Origin: a virus
IMG/VR virus record: IMGVR_UViG_3300020021_000003
Span: 1,877 to 65,876 of that record
Reading direction: 5' to 3' (one strand)
DNA: 64,000 bases
Shown here: positions 45,137 through 55,015 of the stretch, piece after piece
Numbering within the stretch: position 1 is the first letter of the stretch
Layout: each line of letters starts with the position of its first letter
Position numbers and translations under genes: made by a program
The notes under the pieces: generated by a model
Told to the model about the DNA's origin: nothing
The model's database searches: none
What the model saw: only the letters and a program-made list of their open reading frames with translations

Positions 45137-45331
45137 CTAACCTTCCTTGGTAAGTCGATGTATGGTCTCCTGTAAATGGATATTAGCTTCCTCAAGATCA
45201 GAGACATACTCGTTAAATACACCGGAGGTAAGAACAGCTATCTCTTGGATAAACCTTAATTCATCTGCATTACTGGGGTTTATCTTATCTGTTAGAGCTT
45301 TCTCTACAAGAAGGAATATATTCTCTACCAT
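45137..45331 (-). CDS. Hypothetical protein
   Basis: 64 aa, coupled to the upstream gene. Confidence 0.5.
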   Translation of the reverse strand: MVENIFLLVEKALTDKINPSNADELRFIQEIAVLTSGVFNEYVSDLEEANIHLQETIHRLTKEG

Positions 45332-45513
45332 TAGACCTCTTGGTTCTCAGTAGTCAGTTCTTCATTGAGAATATTCTCTACTAGAGATTCTAATACTCTT
45401 CTGATATAAACAGTAATTCCTAGATTCTGTATATCTGCTTGGTTCTTAAGAACAGTTAGAGTCTCTCTCTTTAACCTAAGACTACGTGAAACCATAGCTT
45501 TGTTGTCTTCCAT
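45331..45513 (-). CDS. Ribbon-helix-helix-like DNA-binding protein
   Basis: VSRSLRL beta ribbon followed by two helices, AAGGAG RBS. Confidence 0.65.
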   Translation of the reverse strand: MEDNKAMVSRSLRLKRETLTVLKNQADIQNLGITVYIRRVLESLVENILNEELTTENQEV

Positions 45514-45550
45514 GTATGTTCTCCTTGTTATAAGTTCTTTCTTCTTAAGG

Positions 45551-45580
45551 AGTATACATGAGACTGTACCACCTGGTCAA
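45551..45580 (-). promoter_or_regulatory. Leftward promoter containing operator GTGGTACAGTCTC
   Basis: TTGACC-18-TATACT. Confidence 0.7.
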
Positions 45581-45743
45581 CTCTTCAACCAAGTCTTCGA
45601 AGACTTCGTTAGAAGTCTAGACTTTAACTAACAGAAGATATATAGTCTTACCAACAAGCTTTTTCATGCTTTCGATCGGTAGTGCTTCGATCATACACCA
45701 TCCCACCAAACAATACAACTCCTTTCCTCTGGTGCTCTCTAGG

Positions 45744-45773
45744 TTGACTCAGTGGTACAGTCTCTGGTAGAGT
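45744..45773 (+). promoter_or_regulatory. Rightward promoter containing operator GTGGTACAGTCTC
   Basis: TTGACT-18-TAGAGT. Confidence 0.7.
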
Positions 45774-45998
45774 AGCTGATGCAGGGGGAAACGGTGGGGG
45801 TACTACCAAAAAGAAGGTCAGAACTATGGCGTACAAGTCTATAAACGATATCAAGGACAAAGGTCCATGTCTAGTCCCTGGTGAATCTCACAAGGGTATT
45901 CACCGCTTGGAGCTGGCATGTTGGACTTCTATCCGGAGATATCTATTCGACCACACATTCCAGGAATTCCTGGAGGAATCTAGAAAGAAGTAGAGGTT

Positions 45999-46406
45999 AT
46001 GGGACGGAAGAATGAGGGTTCCTACTATTCCAAACCCTTGGCACAGATCCACGCTTACTTCAATGGGATCTGTGCCTTGTGCGGTAAGTATGTGGAGCTT
46101 GATGATGCGTCCCGTGACCACATAGTACCAAGGGCTGCCGGTGGTGGGAACGAGAAGTCGAATATCCAGTTGACCCACAAGAAGTGCAACAACCTGAAGA
46201 GTGACAGTACCTATCCTCCGGACTGGAAGGAACGGATCGAGATAGGAATCAATATCCCCGAGGGTTACCGGTGCATGTACTGCAACTTGCAGATAACTGT
46301 TCAGCACAAGGATTTTCAATACGTCGATTACATTATCTACAAGAGAAATGTCATGGCCCTGCACACTTGGTGCAATGAGGAGAGAATAGCTTATGGAAAG
46401 TTTTAG
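45999..46406 (+). CDS. HNH endonuclease-domain protein
   Basis: CALC...SRDHIVPRAAGGGNEKSNIQLTHKKCNNLKSD. Confidence 0.85.
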   Translation: MGRKNEGSYYSKPLAQIHAYFNGICALCGKYVELDDASRDHIVPRAAGGGNEKSNIQLTHKKCNNLKSDSTYPPDWKERIEIGINIPEGYRCMYCNLQITVQHKDFQYVDYIIYKRNVMALHTWCNEERIAYGKF

Positions 46407-46644
46407 TTATGCTTTCAATACGAGGTTCGAGCCTATTATCAAGCATGAACTACTGGTGTACCAGAAGGAGCCGTACGGTTCTATTGCTGACGTATGCTCG
46501 GTCTGTAGTGATCCGGATAAGGGTATATGGGTTCCGGTAAGTTTCTGTCCAGAGGCTAAGGCTGATGCGGATAAGTACTATAAGCAGATTAATAAGGACT
46601 ATCTGGAACTACTGATAGAAAGAGGTAAGCGTGGGAAGGGATGA
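46393..46644 (+). CDS. Hypothetical protein
   Basis: 83 aa, overlapping operon arrangement. Confidence 0.55.
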   Translation: MESFSYAFNTRFEPIIKHELLVYQKEPYGSIADVCSVCSDPDKGIWVPVSFCPEAKADADKYYKQINKDYLELLIERGKRGKG

Positions 46645-47068
46645 GGACATGGTCTACTTCTGGTCCGATGGCTGTTATGCGACTAAGAGATATAAAGACA
46701 GTTATCTAAGAGACCAGATAATCCAGATAGAGCTACATAAAGAGCGTGTACGTCTGGAAGAGACAGATCGTAGGGCTAACCAGTCCAGAAGAGATAAGAT
46801 CCTCACTCATCCCGGTATTGACTGCTGTGACAGTTGTTACGGCGAGTACATAGATAACTACATGGGTGGCGGAGTAATGATGGACGGTTACTGCTGTTGT
46901 CTCGATAACCATATAAGCGGTATCGTCTATCCGTTGGACGACGCCCGGTACAGACCTATGTATCCGCCAGTCAACGGTAAGGTTCCCGAGATATTCGATA
47001 AGTGGGGACCGAAGACACAAGAGCGCTATCTTAAGCGATTTAAGGATGAACTAAGTGCTGACTCCTGA
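46631..47068 (+). CDS. Hypothetical Cys-rich protein
   Basis: 145 aa, CCxxC and CCC motifs. Confidence 0.55.
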   Translation: MGRDEDMVYFWSDGCYATKRYKDSYLRDQIIQIELHKERVRLEETDRRANQSRRDKILTHPGIDCCDSCYGEYIDNYMGGGVMMDGYCCCLDNHISGIVYPLDDARYRPMYPPVNGKVPEIFDKWGPKTQERYLKRFKDELSADS

Positions 47069-47231
47069 ACAGAGAATCAATAACTATCTCAATAACGGCA
47101 GAACTGTTCTTACTTACAAGCAGGGCAGACGTTATACCCAGAAGTGGCGCAAGTTCATGCAGTGCGCCGATGAAGATGCTTATTACGAAATATGGAAAGA
47201 ATCCGTCAGCAAGTACTGGTATGGAGAATAG
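47055..47231 (+). CDS. Small hypothetical protein
   Basis: My translation gives 58 aa from GTG behind AAGGA. Confidence 0.45.
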   Translation: MLTPEQRINNYLNNGRTVLTYKQGRRYTQKWRKFMQCADEDAYYEIWKESVSKYWYGE

Positions 47232-47233
47232 TA

Positions 47234-47746
47234 ATGTGCGGGATGCACTATCGTCGTTGGAGAGTCAATGGTGATCCTCAAATAGTACGAGTTATACGAG
47301 AAAATCCTGAAGCTGCCTTTTGGAGCAAGGTTACCAAAGATCCTGAATCGGGGTGTTGGTTGTGGACTGGTGCGACTAACCACAACGGTTATGGCAAAAT
47401 ACAGCGTGAGGGTACTACTCAAGCAGCACATATCTGGGCTTATAAGACTTTCGTAGGTGAAATTCCAGAGGGATACCAGATAGATCATGTAAAAAGTGTG
47501 GGTTGTTTACACCGTAACTGTGTAAACTATGAAAATCATCTTGAAGCAGTGACTTCTGAAGAGAATTTTCTTAGAAGTCATGGAATTGCCCGAGTTAATA
47601 AAGATAAGACGCATTGTAAAAATGGGCATGAGTTCACTGAAGAGAACACCATAGTAAAAATTAATTCACGAACGGGTAAGCCGTTCCGAAACTGCCGGGA
47701 GTGTAGAAATGCAAGTCAAAGAAAGTCAGGTGTTGCCCACGTCTAG
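47234..47746 (+). CDS. HNH homing endonuclease (HNH_3 type)
   Basis: FWSKV...CWLWTG...GYG...AH...Y...G.IP...IDH...C.N..HLE.VT..EN, then KTHCKNGHEF. Confidence 0.9.
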   Translation: MCGMHYRRWRVNGDPQIVRVIRENPEAAFWSKVTKDPESGCWLWTGATNHNGYGKIQREGTTQAAHIWAYKTFVGEIPEGYQIDHVKSVGCLHRNCVNYENHLEAVTSEENFLRSHGIARVNKDKTHCKNGHEFTEENTIVKINSRTGKPFRNCRECRNASQRKSGVAHV

Positions 47747-48283
47747 GCCAGTAATTCTCCTAGACGTAGATTAGGTGGGCCACTGAACCCTTATGCGGCC
47801 AAGGCTACGAAGCGTCCAGAGGGCTATCTGACGCACCGAATGAAGCCGCAGGGGTTCGAGCACACAAACGGGCTCAGAGTCTGGCTGAACCCCCTTCACG
47901 GCCCGTCTCTGATGGCTCTGGAGGCAGACCTGGTGTGGGCAACCATGTGGGAAGCAGACGCCAACAAGTTTATCGGCCCCGAAATCGGGCTTCCAGAGCT
48001 TCCTTTCATCGATTTCAAGGGTAATCAGACAGTTATTTACGCTACTGAGAACATGGATTCGATAAAGACCTACTTCAAGACCCCCAGAATCGCCTTCAAG
48101 ATGCTCAAGCACTTCCCTGGAGTCCCGTTTCTGTGGATTGACGACGAATGCACGCAGATTGATGAAGACTTTCTCAAGGAAGCCTGCGGAGTAGAGGTAA
48201 AAGCCTACTATGTAGACCCGAGAATAGGTTTGACGGACGAAGATTTCGAAAATATCGCTGAATGGATAAAGGAGAACAGCTAA
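47730..48283 (+). pseudogene. HAD-family phosphatase (RNA-repair type) disrupted at the DxD motif
   Basis: RPVILLDVD (frame of 47745) and GPLNPYAAK (frame of 47777) are separated by an extra TAGGT. WATMW and WIDD motifs lie downstream. Confidence 0.75.
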
Positions 48284-48302
48284 TGGAAAGGGATTATAGA
48301 TA

Positions 48303-48479
48303 ATGGGACTACTAGGAGACAACCTTCCTCCCGGTTATGAGATCCGGGAGACAGCTAGAGACGACGGAAATACCGAGTATACGATCTGGCGTCAGAACCA
48401 GAAGACCTACTACACTACTTTCAAGAGAAAGCTGGCTGTAACAAAGGCCAAGGAGATGTACCGTGTTCAGGGAAGGTAA
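48303..48479 (+). CDS. Small hypothetical protein
   Basis: My translation gives 58 aa from ATG 48303. Confidence 0.4.
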   Translation: MGLLGDNLPPGYEIRETARDDGNTEYTIWRQNQKTYYTTFKRKLAVTKAKEMYRVQGR

Positions 48480-48615
48480 CTTCGACTACCAGGGCTGGGA
48501 AGCAGAAAAGATTATTGTAAAAGAAGTCTGGCGGGCCACCAAGGGAACCAGAACTATTACAGCAGGAGACCGAAGAACACTCATCAACAAGATAGACAAG
48601 GTGGAAGACAAGTAA

Positions 48616-49287
48616 ATGAAATATTGGTACGATACAGAATTCATTGACGACGGATATACTATCGAGTTGTTAAGCATCGGTATTGTCGCAGAGGACGGTA
48701 GGGAGTACTATGCTGTCGTCAAGGACATCTACACAATGCGCAGGGCATGGGATATGAAGTCGGGAAATGAATTCTGGCTCCGCAAGAACGTTATGAACAG
48801 CCTTCCCTTCCTCCCTTCCGGCAACTGGGACGAAAACCATTTCGACTACACGAACCTGAAGACCAGAGCAGAGATAGCAAGGGAAGTAGAGGATTTCTTC
48901 CTGGACATAGAGCATAGGGACCGTACACAGATGCTTCCGCATGTAGAACTGTGGGCATGGTTCGCAGCTTACGACCATGTAGCACTGAGCCAGCTTTTCG
49001 GGCGCATGCTGGACCTTCCTGAAGGTATACCGATGTACACCAACGACATCAAGCAGGAGCACCACAGACTAGGCTTCCCACGTGTCCCACAGCAGGCTCA
49101 AGGGGCTCACAACGCCCTGGAAGACGCACGATGGAACAAGACTGCCTATGAGTACTTAGCGTCCCTTGACGGGCCTATTGCGCGCTCTGAGGACGGTACG
49201 CTACTCTACATGCAGACAGGCTTCGACGGATCGGTCTACGCACAAGCAGTTCCTACAGCAAACCCGAAGCGTACACGCGTCTGGTAA
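48616..49287 (+). CDS. 3'-5' exoribonuclease (DEDDh, RNase AS-like)
   Basis: YWYDTEFIDDG.TIELLSIGIVAEDGREYYAV, AYDHV and HNALEDARW. Confidence 0.88.
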   Translation: MKYWYDTEFIDDGYTIELLSIGIVAEDGREYYAVVKDIYTMRRAWDMKSGNEFWLRKNVMNSLPFLPSGNWDENHFDYTNLKTRAEIAREVEDFFLDIEHRDRTQMLPHVELWAWFAAYDHVALSQLFGRMLDLPEGIPMYTNDIKQEHHRLGFPRVPQQAQGAHNALEDARWNKTAYEYLASLDGPIARSEDGTLLYMQTGFDGSVYAQAVPTANPKRTRVW

Positions 49288-49296
49288 GGAGAGGAC

Positions 49297-49476
49297 ATGG
49301 GCAAGAAGCCCCATCCGGATGAGAACAGACCAGCACACATGAAGGGGCACGCTCCAACGGAAGATGTCAAGTCAACCTGCGGGGCGTGCCTGAGAAGGGA
49401 CCACAAGAGCTGCAACGGCTGGTCCACAAGAGGTAAGGTCAAGTGCCTCTGCGCTTGGCTCAAGCACACTGACTAG
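49297..49476 (+). CDS. Small zinc-finger-like protein
   Basis: AAGGAGAGG RBS, CxxCxxxxHxxC...CxC. Confidence 0.55.
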   Translation: MGKKPHPDENRPAHMKGHAPTEDVKSTCGACLRRDHKSCNGWSTRGKVKCLCAWLKHTD

Positions 49477-49510
49477 AAGGATTACAAGTAATGAGAGGAG
49501 ATTACAAGTA

Positions 49511-49675
49511 ATGGCAAGGTTTTTCGGAAAGGAACGCCCAAAGGCATGGATCTGCAACAACTGTAATAAGGGAAAGCACGACAAGTGTTCAGGTACCCGG
49601 TTGATATCCAATCACGATAATCTCGGGCACAAACAAGCATGCTCCTGCTATGTAGTAATCCACGACAAGGACTGA
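49511..49675 (+). CDS. Small zinc-finger-like protein
   Basis: GAGGAG RBS, CxxCxxxxHxxC...CxC. Confidence 0.55.
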   Translation: MARFFGKERPKAWICNNCNKGKHDKCSGTRLISNHDNLGHKQACSCYVVIHDKD

Positions 49676-49684
49676 GGAATTCCC

Positions 49685-49828
49685 ATGGGACAGATGGTAA
49701 ACGGCTGGCTGATCGAAGAGAAGAACGGATTCTTCACAGCCACGAATGCTGCGGGGAGAGTAGGAGTTACTTCCACCAGCGAATCCAAGGTAATGACCTG
49801 GGCACTATCCCACCGAGCAGACAGGTAG
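49685..49828 (+). CDS. Small hypothetical protein
   Basis: 47 aa from ATG behind GAGGA. Confidence 0.45.
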   Translation: MGQMVNGWLIEEKNGFFTATNAAGRVGVTSTSESKVMTWALSHRADR

Positions 49829-49836
49829 GAGTATCC

Positions 49837-50004
49837 GTGAAGGAAAGAATAGGGGATACTCTCCCAGAGGTAGTAAACGGCTGGACCATATCCCAGAAGA
49901 CCCTTTTCAACGGGGGCAACTGGCAAGCTGTTAAAAACGGAGTAATAGGTATCAAGCACAAAGACTACCTGTACGTAGTAGCTTGGGCAAGAACCAACCG
50001 ATAA
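49837..50004 (+). CDS. Small hypothetical protein
   Basis: 55 aa from GTG behind AGGAG. Confidence 0.45.
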   Translation: MKERIGDTLPEVVNGWTISQKTLFNGGNWQAVKNGVIGIKHKDYLYVVAWARTNR

Positions 50005-50016
50005 GGAGGCTGTACC

Positions 50017-50217
50017 GTGGCTCCGTTCAAGAAGGACCAGATACCAGTAGAGTCTTTCGCAACAGCAGATGAAGCCTGGTATGCAGTTTCACACAAGTAC
50101 CAGAACCTTCTGAATTCCCCGAAATTTCGGGAAGCAAAACGACTAGGGTACTCCATAGGAGTAGCAGAGTCCAAGAGAAGGTACTGGGTGGTGGTCAATC
50201 CTCCTGGGATCAACTAA
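50017..50217 (+). CDS. Small hypothetical protein
   Basis: 66 aa, AAGGAGG RBS. Confidence 0.55.
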   Translation: MAPFKKDQIPVESFATADEAWYAVSHKYQNLLNSPKFREAKRLGYSIGVAESKRRYWVVVNPPGIN

Positions 50218-50220
50218 TAG

Positions 50221-50260
50221 AAAGAACCTCCTTCCCTTTACTGGGTTGGAGGTTCTTTTA
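50221..50260 (+). terminator. Intrinsic terminator
   Basis: AAAGAACCTCC/GGAGGTTCTTT stem plus T run. Confidence 0.75.
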
Positions 50261-51337
50261 TTACTCTGTGTAGCTAGTGTACCCCATTATTTTTACTAAA
50301 CCTGGTCTTTTTTCGATCGAGTCTCATATACTGAGATGAGTGTAGTTACACTAAGTAATAAAATAGCTAGAACTGGTACTGTATAGATCTCCTGATACTG
50401 TCATATTCGAATAACTGAAACCATATTCGGATTACCAGGCACCCCTTCCCCATGATCAACTCTTTTAAGGGTACCCCCTTCGCCCTCTAACTATCGAGTG
50501 GAATGGCTATTGAATGGCGCTGTAAGGGGCTGAATAGACGACCTACGTTCGTGAATAGGGGGATTCAATCGGGGCATAGGCTATCTCTGGCCACAGGTAT
50601 TGCTGTAGGGGCGTGGATAGGGCACGAATGGCTATTCTCATAGGCTCGAATGGGTATTGCTATATAGATAAACATCGATACTGCGATCAATTCCCTTGTG
50701 AATAGGAGGAGTTGTGTCCTAGTAATTGGCTGTCCACTCATTCACCCTAGTTGGTACTCTATCCGTTGAGAGGGTGAATGAGAGGATTCATGTCCTAGAA
50801 AAGAGGGTATAACCATTCGGTGTCAGTTAGTAGTCATAGAAATGAGTACCAGGGGGCTTGACAGGGGAGTTAGTTATGTGCTCCGTAATAACGGACATAT
50901 AGTAGGGTTTGGTGTCTCCCGGGCATGTACGTATAGGGATGAGCCTGTGACCAGCACATATGATGGTCTGTCAGTACCGTGGTCCATGTCTAGACCAGTC
51001 TACGGAGAGTGAAAATCGTCTGTACGGGCCCGGGAGAGGTGAGCTGGACAGAGGGGACCATCAGCATGATCAACAGGCGTGAGAGGGGCCTCTGAGTGGT
51101 TCTCTCTCTATACTTGTCAGTAGTCTTGACAGGATGATTTTGTTCTGCCTCCGGCGGCCCGAAATTATTTTAAAATGGACATATACGGATGGAGTGACCT
51201 TGATCCAGTCTCAGTGTGGTAACGATGTGGTGTCTTTTCGCGTTCGCGCTTGCGCGGCACATGGTCTGACGTGCAGTCTTCTCCCATGCCCACGCACGCC
51301 AGTGCACATAAAGGGGCGCACGGACAAGGGAGACGAC

Positions 51338-51502
51338 ATGATCCTCGCGGAGATCACTCAGGCGATGCGTTCGGCCATCCTGACCATGGCTGCACAGGAG
51401 ATGGACCGTATGCGCGACGCTGACATGAACGCTTGGCTTACCCCTGAGTATGTGGAGCTGGAGAACCTCGCCTACGCGCTCACTGTCGCCGCTGCTGAGT
51501 AG
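51338..51502 (+). CDS. Small early-region protein
   Basis: 54 aa from ATG behind GGAG. Confidence 0.55.
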   Translation: MILAEITQAMRSAILTMAAQEMDRMRDADMNAWLTPEYVELENLAYALTVAAAE

Positions 51503-51599
51503 CTGTCTGACCTAGACCCGAAACGCTCTCTATGGAGCGTCTGTCCCTAGTGGAGGGGCACTGACGATGGGTCGTCAGAGACAAGAGGAGTACCGGGAC

Positions 51600-52808
51600 A
51601 TGGCAGCCACTCAGTACATGATTACCACGAACGGCGTTGACTACGGCCCCCGCTACACGAGCAAGGGGCGCGCGGTGAGTGAGGCGGAGACCATCGGCAA
51701 GGTTGCCACGGAGCGCGCACACGGTGATGTCGTCACGGTGCAGACGGTCAAGACTGCCAAGGTTGTGTGGAGGGAGATCTACTACACGCACAACGAGGGA
51801 TTGAAGTTCGGTCCCGTGCATGTCGAGATCACCGGAGACACCGACGTTCCGGCGTGCCTCACCACGGCTGACGGACCGGTGGAGACGCTGACGGATGACC
51901 AGTGGGAGATTGAGCACGCTGCCTATGTGGAGTCGCTGAGGAGTGACCCTGAGGTGGCGCGCATGATGGCTGACTATGACGCTCACGTGGCCTCTCAGCC
52001 CGTGGTGGCGTATGTGGGCATCCGGCAGGGTCCGGCGGGATACGTCGCCGTGGAACACGTCCATGCGGCCGGTTGCGCGGACATCGCGCGCACTGAGGGC
52101 AAGTACAAGGGTGGCAGTGACGCGTACGCGTACATGTCCGACATGACCATTGCTGAGATCCTGTCGTCTAACTACGGCGACATTGCCAGTGATGAGAACG
52201 AGACGGACACCCCGGAGTGGTGGGCATCGATCATGGACAACGCCAACGACAACGGAAGGGACGGACACTCCGGTATCCGCATCCTGCCGTGCGCACGTAA
52301 GACCATTGAGGACGGAACGGTATGCGGGATGCCGCTACTGACGTCCGGTGACGTGTTCCGTGTGAATTACGTGCCTGCCGTAGACGGTCCCATGACGGGA
52401 CAGTTTGACGATTACGACTACGCACAGGATGAGGTCAAGTTCGCTGCCATGGACGCCGGTACCGCCACCATGTGCACCCATGGCAACGTCGTGGCTATCC
52501 AGGACGGACAGACCTACGTGTGTGGCGATTGCGAGACTGGCACGGTGGCCAGTGAGACGACAGAGATGGTCATGGGTTACGACGTGCCCATGAATGACAC
52601 CATGTCTCAGCCGCTCATGGTTGACGCGCTCCTGAGTGTGACGGTGGACGGTATCAAGATCAGTCTTGGATGGCACACGTTCACCATTCCGGTTGGTTGC
52701 GAGACGTCCATTGCTACCCTGTACGGGCAGGCTCGCGGCGAGTGGAACCGTGCCACGGTGGCCGATTGGGACAGCATCATCACGGTTGAGGACAGCGAGA
52801 CCTACTAG
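51600..52808 (+). CDS. Large acidic hypothetical protein, probably multi-module
   Basis: 402 aa, GAGGAG RBS, strong third-position G/C bias. Confidence 0.7.
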   Translation: MAATQYMITTNGVDYGPRYTSKGRAVSEAETIGKVATERAHGDVVTVQTVKTAKVVWREIYYTHNEGLKFGPVHVEITGDTDVPACLTTADGPVETLTDDQWEIEHAAYVESLRSDPEVARMMADYDAHVASQPVVAYVGIRQGPAGYVAVEHVHAAGCADIARTEGKYKGGSDAYAYMSDMTIAEILSSNYGDIASDENETDTPEWWASIMDNANDNGRDGHSGIRILPCARKTIEDGTVCGMPLLTSGDVFRVNYVPAVDGPMTGQFDDYDYAQDEVKFAAMDAGTATMCTHGNVVAIQDGQTYVCGDCETGTVASETTEMVMGYDVPMNDTMSQPLMVDALLSVTVDGIKISLGWHTFTIPVGCETSIATLYGQARGEWNRATVADWDSIITVEDSETY

Positions 52809-53016
52809 GACACCCTGAGTGCCACTCTCCGCCCCTTTGAGTGTGTGAGTGGCACTCTTCCCCACCTAGGCTATTTGATCTTGCTACAGGGCCGATTCTG
52901 TCCCTTGTGCGGATCATGGTATGTGGTCACAACTCGATAACAATCATGTGGTATCCGCTTGACACTCCTCACGTGCCTATTGGAGCGTGGCCAGTGGCAG
53001 GCATCAACGAAGGGAA

Positions 53017-54798
53017 ATGATCATGGTCAAGATCGGTTCACGGCTGCATGGTGCGGTCGCTCACGTCATCACTCGCACGGGCGACGTGTCCGCGTGCGGT
53101 CGGATGGTGATCCCTGGCAAGGGTGAGAGTAAGCGCATGTGCCGCACGTGTGTCCGTGTGAACGGGGACGCGCGGAAGGTGAACGACACTCGCCGCAAGA
53201 GTGCGCGTGAGTCCGTGATCATGCCTAAGGCTTCCGCCATGACCAGTGAGACCACTGGTGAGCAATACGTGTCTTGGGAGTACGCTCTCAGCCGCTTTGA
53301 GCTTGACGTCACCATGGAGAAAATCGCCAAGATCAATGAGCGCTGCGCTAAGCGCGGCATTCCCGGCGGACTTTCCGTGGAGTTCACAGAGCGCATTGTC
53401 AAGGAAAAGAATGATCTCGGAATCGAGATAGAAAAGCTTTTCTATGACACGCACATCACGGGAATTGCTCCCCAGCTCCCTGGTTGGGAGTTCATCGGGA
53501 TAATCGACTTTGACCAGCACGCGGGATTGATTGTCCGTGGCTACCCCGGTGCCGCTCAGATTGACCGTGCGTCCATTCGTGACGGTTGGTGCGATCACTG
53601 CCAGACGAATCGGTACCGCACGTCCACCATGGTTGTCCGCAACGTCAATACCGGAATGCAAATTCAGGTCGGCTCATCCTGCATTAAGGACTTCACCGGA
53701 TGGACCGCTCTCCCGTACACCTTTGACCGTATGTCCAAGGATGTTGAGGACATGTGCGAAGGGTTCGGCGGAGGAGCGCGTGACGTGACCACAGAAACCG
53801 TTCTAGGGGTCGCATGGGCGTGTGTGCAGACTTGGGGCTTCGTTCGCTCCAATGAGGCGGGAGCAACCGTCCACATGGTGCGTGACGTCATCAATCCGCC
53901 TAAGGCCAACAGCCGCAATGCCGACTACCGCGCCGAACTGGCACGGGTGCGGGATCTCTCCGGAGAGATGACGGAGAGGGCAATTGCACTACGCGAATGG
54001 ATTGCGTCGGATGAGTTCTCCGGTCACTCGGACTACGTCCTCAATCTCAAGTCCATTGCTGCGGCGCACATGGTGAGTGATCGGAATTATGGCATCCTCG
54101 CTTCCGCTCCTCAGGCATGGGCACGCTTTCTTGAGAAGTCCCTCATTCGCAAGATTGAGGCTGACACCCGAGTGAGTGAGCACGTCGGCGAAATCGGAGA
54201 GCGTTGGGCATTGCTGGTGACCGTGGAAAGTGAGCGGTATATTGAAACCGCTTATGGTTCCTCCACCCTTTACAAGATGCGTGACGATAAGGGAAATCTC
54301 TTCTCTTGGTTCGCATCGAATGACATTCTGTCCGATTCCATTGGGGAAAAGGTTTCTCTCTCCGCTGGTATCAAGCGTCACGCCGAATACAAGGGAGTGT
54401 TTGAAACTCAGCTCACCCGAGTGAAGGTGATTGACGCTATCGAGACTGCCGGAATGCTTAAGGCAGCCCCGATTAAGGTCAAGGATGAAATGCGCCTCTC
54501 TGATTTGACCGTGAATCAGAATGACGTGTTCTACGTCGGTGGCACTTACTACCGGATTCGCGTTACCAAGGGAACGGCATACGCGGTCAAGTTCACTGAC
54601 AACGGGTGGGAGTACTCTCCCAAGGCAATTCACACGCTCACCGTGACTGACGTCGTGTCGGCAGAGGATGCGGCACGGTTCGGCAAGCTGTACAGCCGTT
54701 GCGTCTACTGCGGTAAAGGACTGACTGACGACCGGTCCGCCAAGGTTGGCTATGGGGAGACCTGTGCACACACCCATGGGCTTCCCTGGGGAGAGTAG
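53017..54798 (+). CDS. Large protein with OB-fold-like segment and C-terminal DUF6011-like zinc motif
   Basis: CxxC...CxxC, HVGEIGER...F.WF...Y.GV.ETQLTRVK and RCVYCGKGLTD..S...GYG..CA. Confidence 0.7.
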   Translation: MIMVKIGSRLHGAVAHVITRTGDVSACGRMVIPGKGESKRMCRTCVRVNGDARKVNDTRRKSARESVIMPKASAMTSETTGEQYVSWEYALSRFELDVTMEKIAKINERCAKRGIPGGLSVEFTERIVKEKNDLGIEIEKLFYDTHITGIAPQLPGWEFIGIIDFDQHAGLIVRGYPGAAQIDRASIRDGWCDHCQTNRYRTSTMVVRNVNTGMQIQVGSSCIKDFTGWTALPYTFDRMSKDVEDMCEGFGGGARDVTTETVLGVAWACVQTWGFVRSNEAGATVHMVRDVINPPKANSRNADYRAELARVRDLSGEMTERAIALREWIASDEFSGHSDYVLNLKSIAAAHMVSDRNYGILASAPQAWARFLEKSLIRKIEADTRVSEHVGEIGERWALLVTVESERYIETAYGSSTLYKMRDDKGNLFSWFASNDILSDSIGEKVSLSAGIKRHAEYKGVFETQLTRVKVIDAIETAGMLKAAPIKVKDEMRLSDLTVNQNDVFYVGGTYYRIRVTKGTAYAVKFTDNGWEYSPKAIHTLTVTDVVSAEDAARFGKLYSRCVYCGKGLTDDRSAKVGYGETCAHTHGLPWGE

Positions 54799-54875
54799 TA
54801 CCGAGAGAGGGTCTAGGGGGCGTCCTGCGGACGTCGGAGGGTGTCCCCTAGCCCATCAGTCCACCACACCTGAAC

Positions 54876-54890
54876 GATCTTGTTAGAGAG
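54876..54890 (+). repeat. GATCTTGTTAGAGAG intergenic motif, copy 1
   Basis: Exact copies at 56606-56620 (+) and 63793-63807 (-). Confidence 0.75.
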
Positions 54891-55015
54891 GCACACAGGC
54901 CATGCGCACGCTTCGCAACATCATCACTGGACTGACGTTCCGTCCCGCTGTTCCCGAGTGGAATGGTATTCCGGATGAGATTTGGTCCAAGCATTTGAAG
55001 AATAGGGGAAAGTAA

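Noticed and set aside
47840-48283. Intact 147-aa HAD gene starting at 47840
   Set aside because: It lacks the catalytic DxD, which lies upstream in another frame, so it is treated as a pseudogene.
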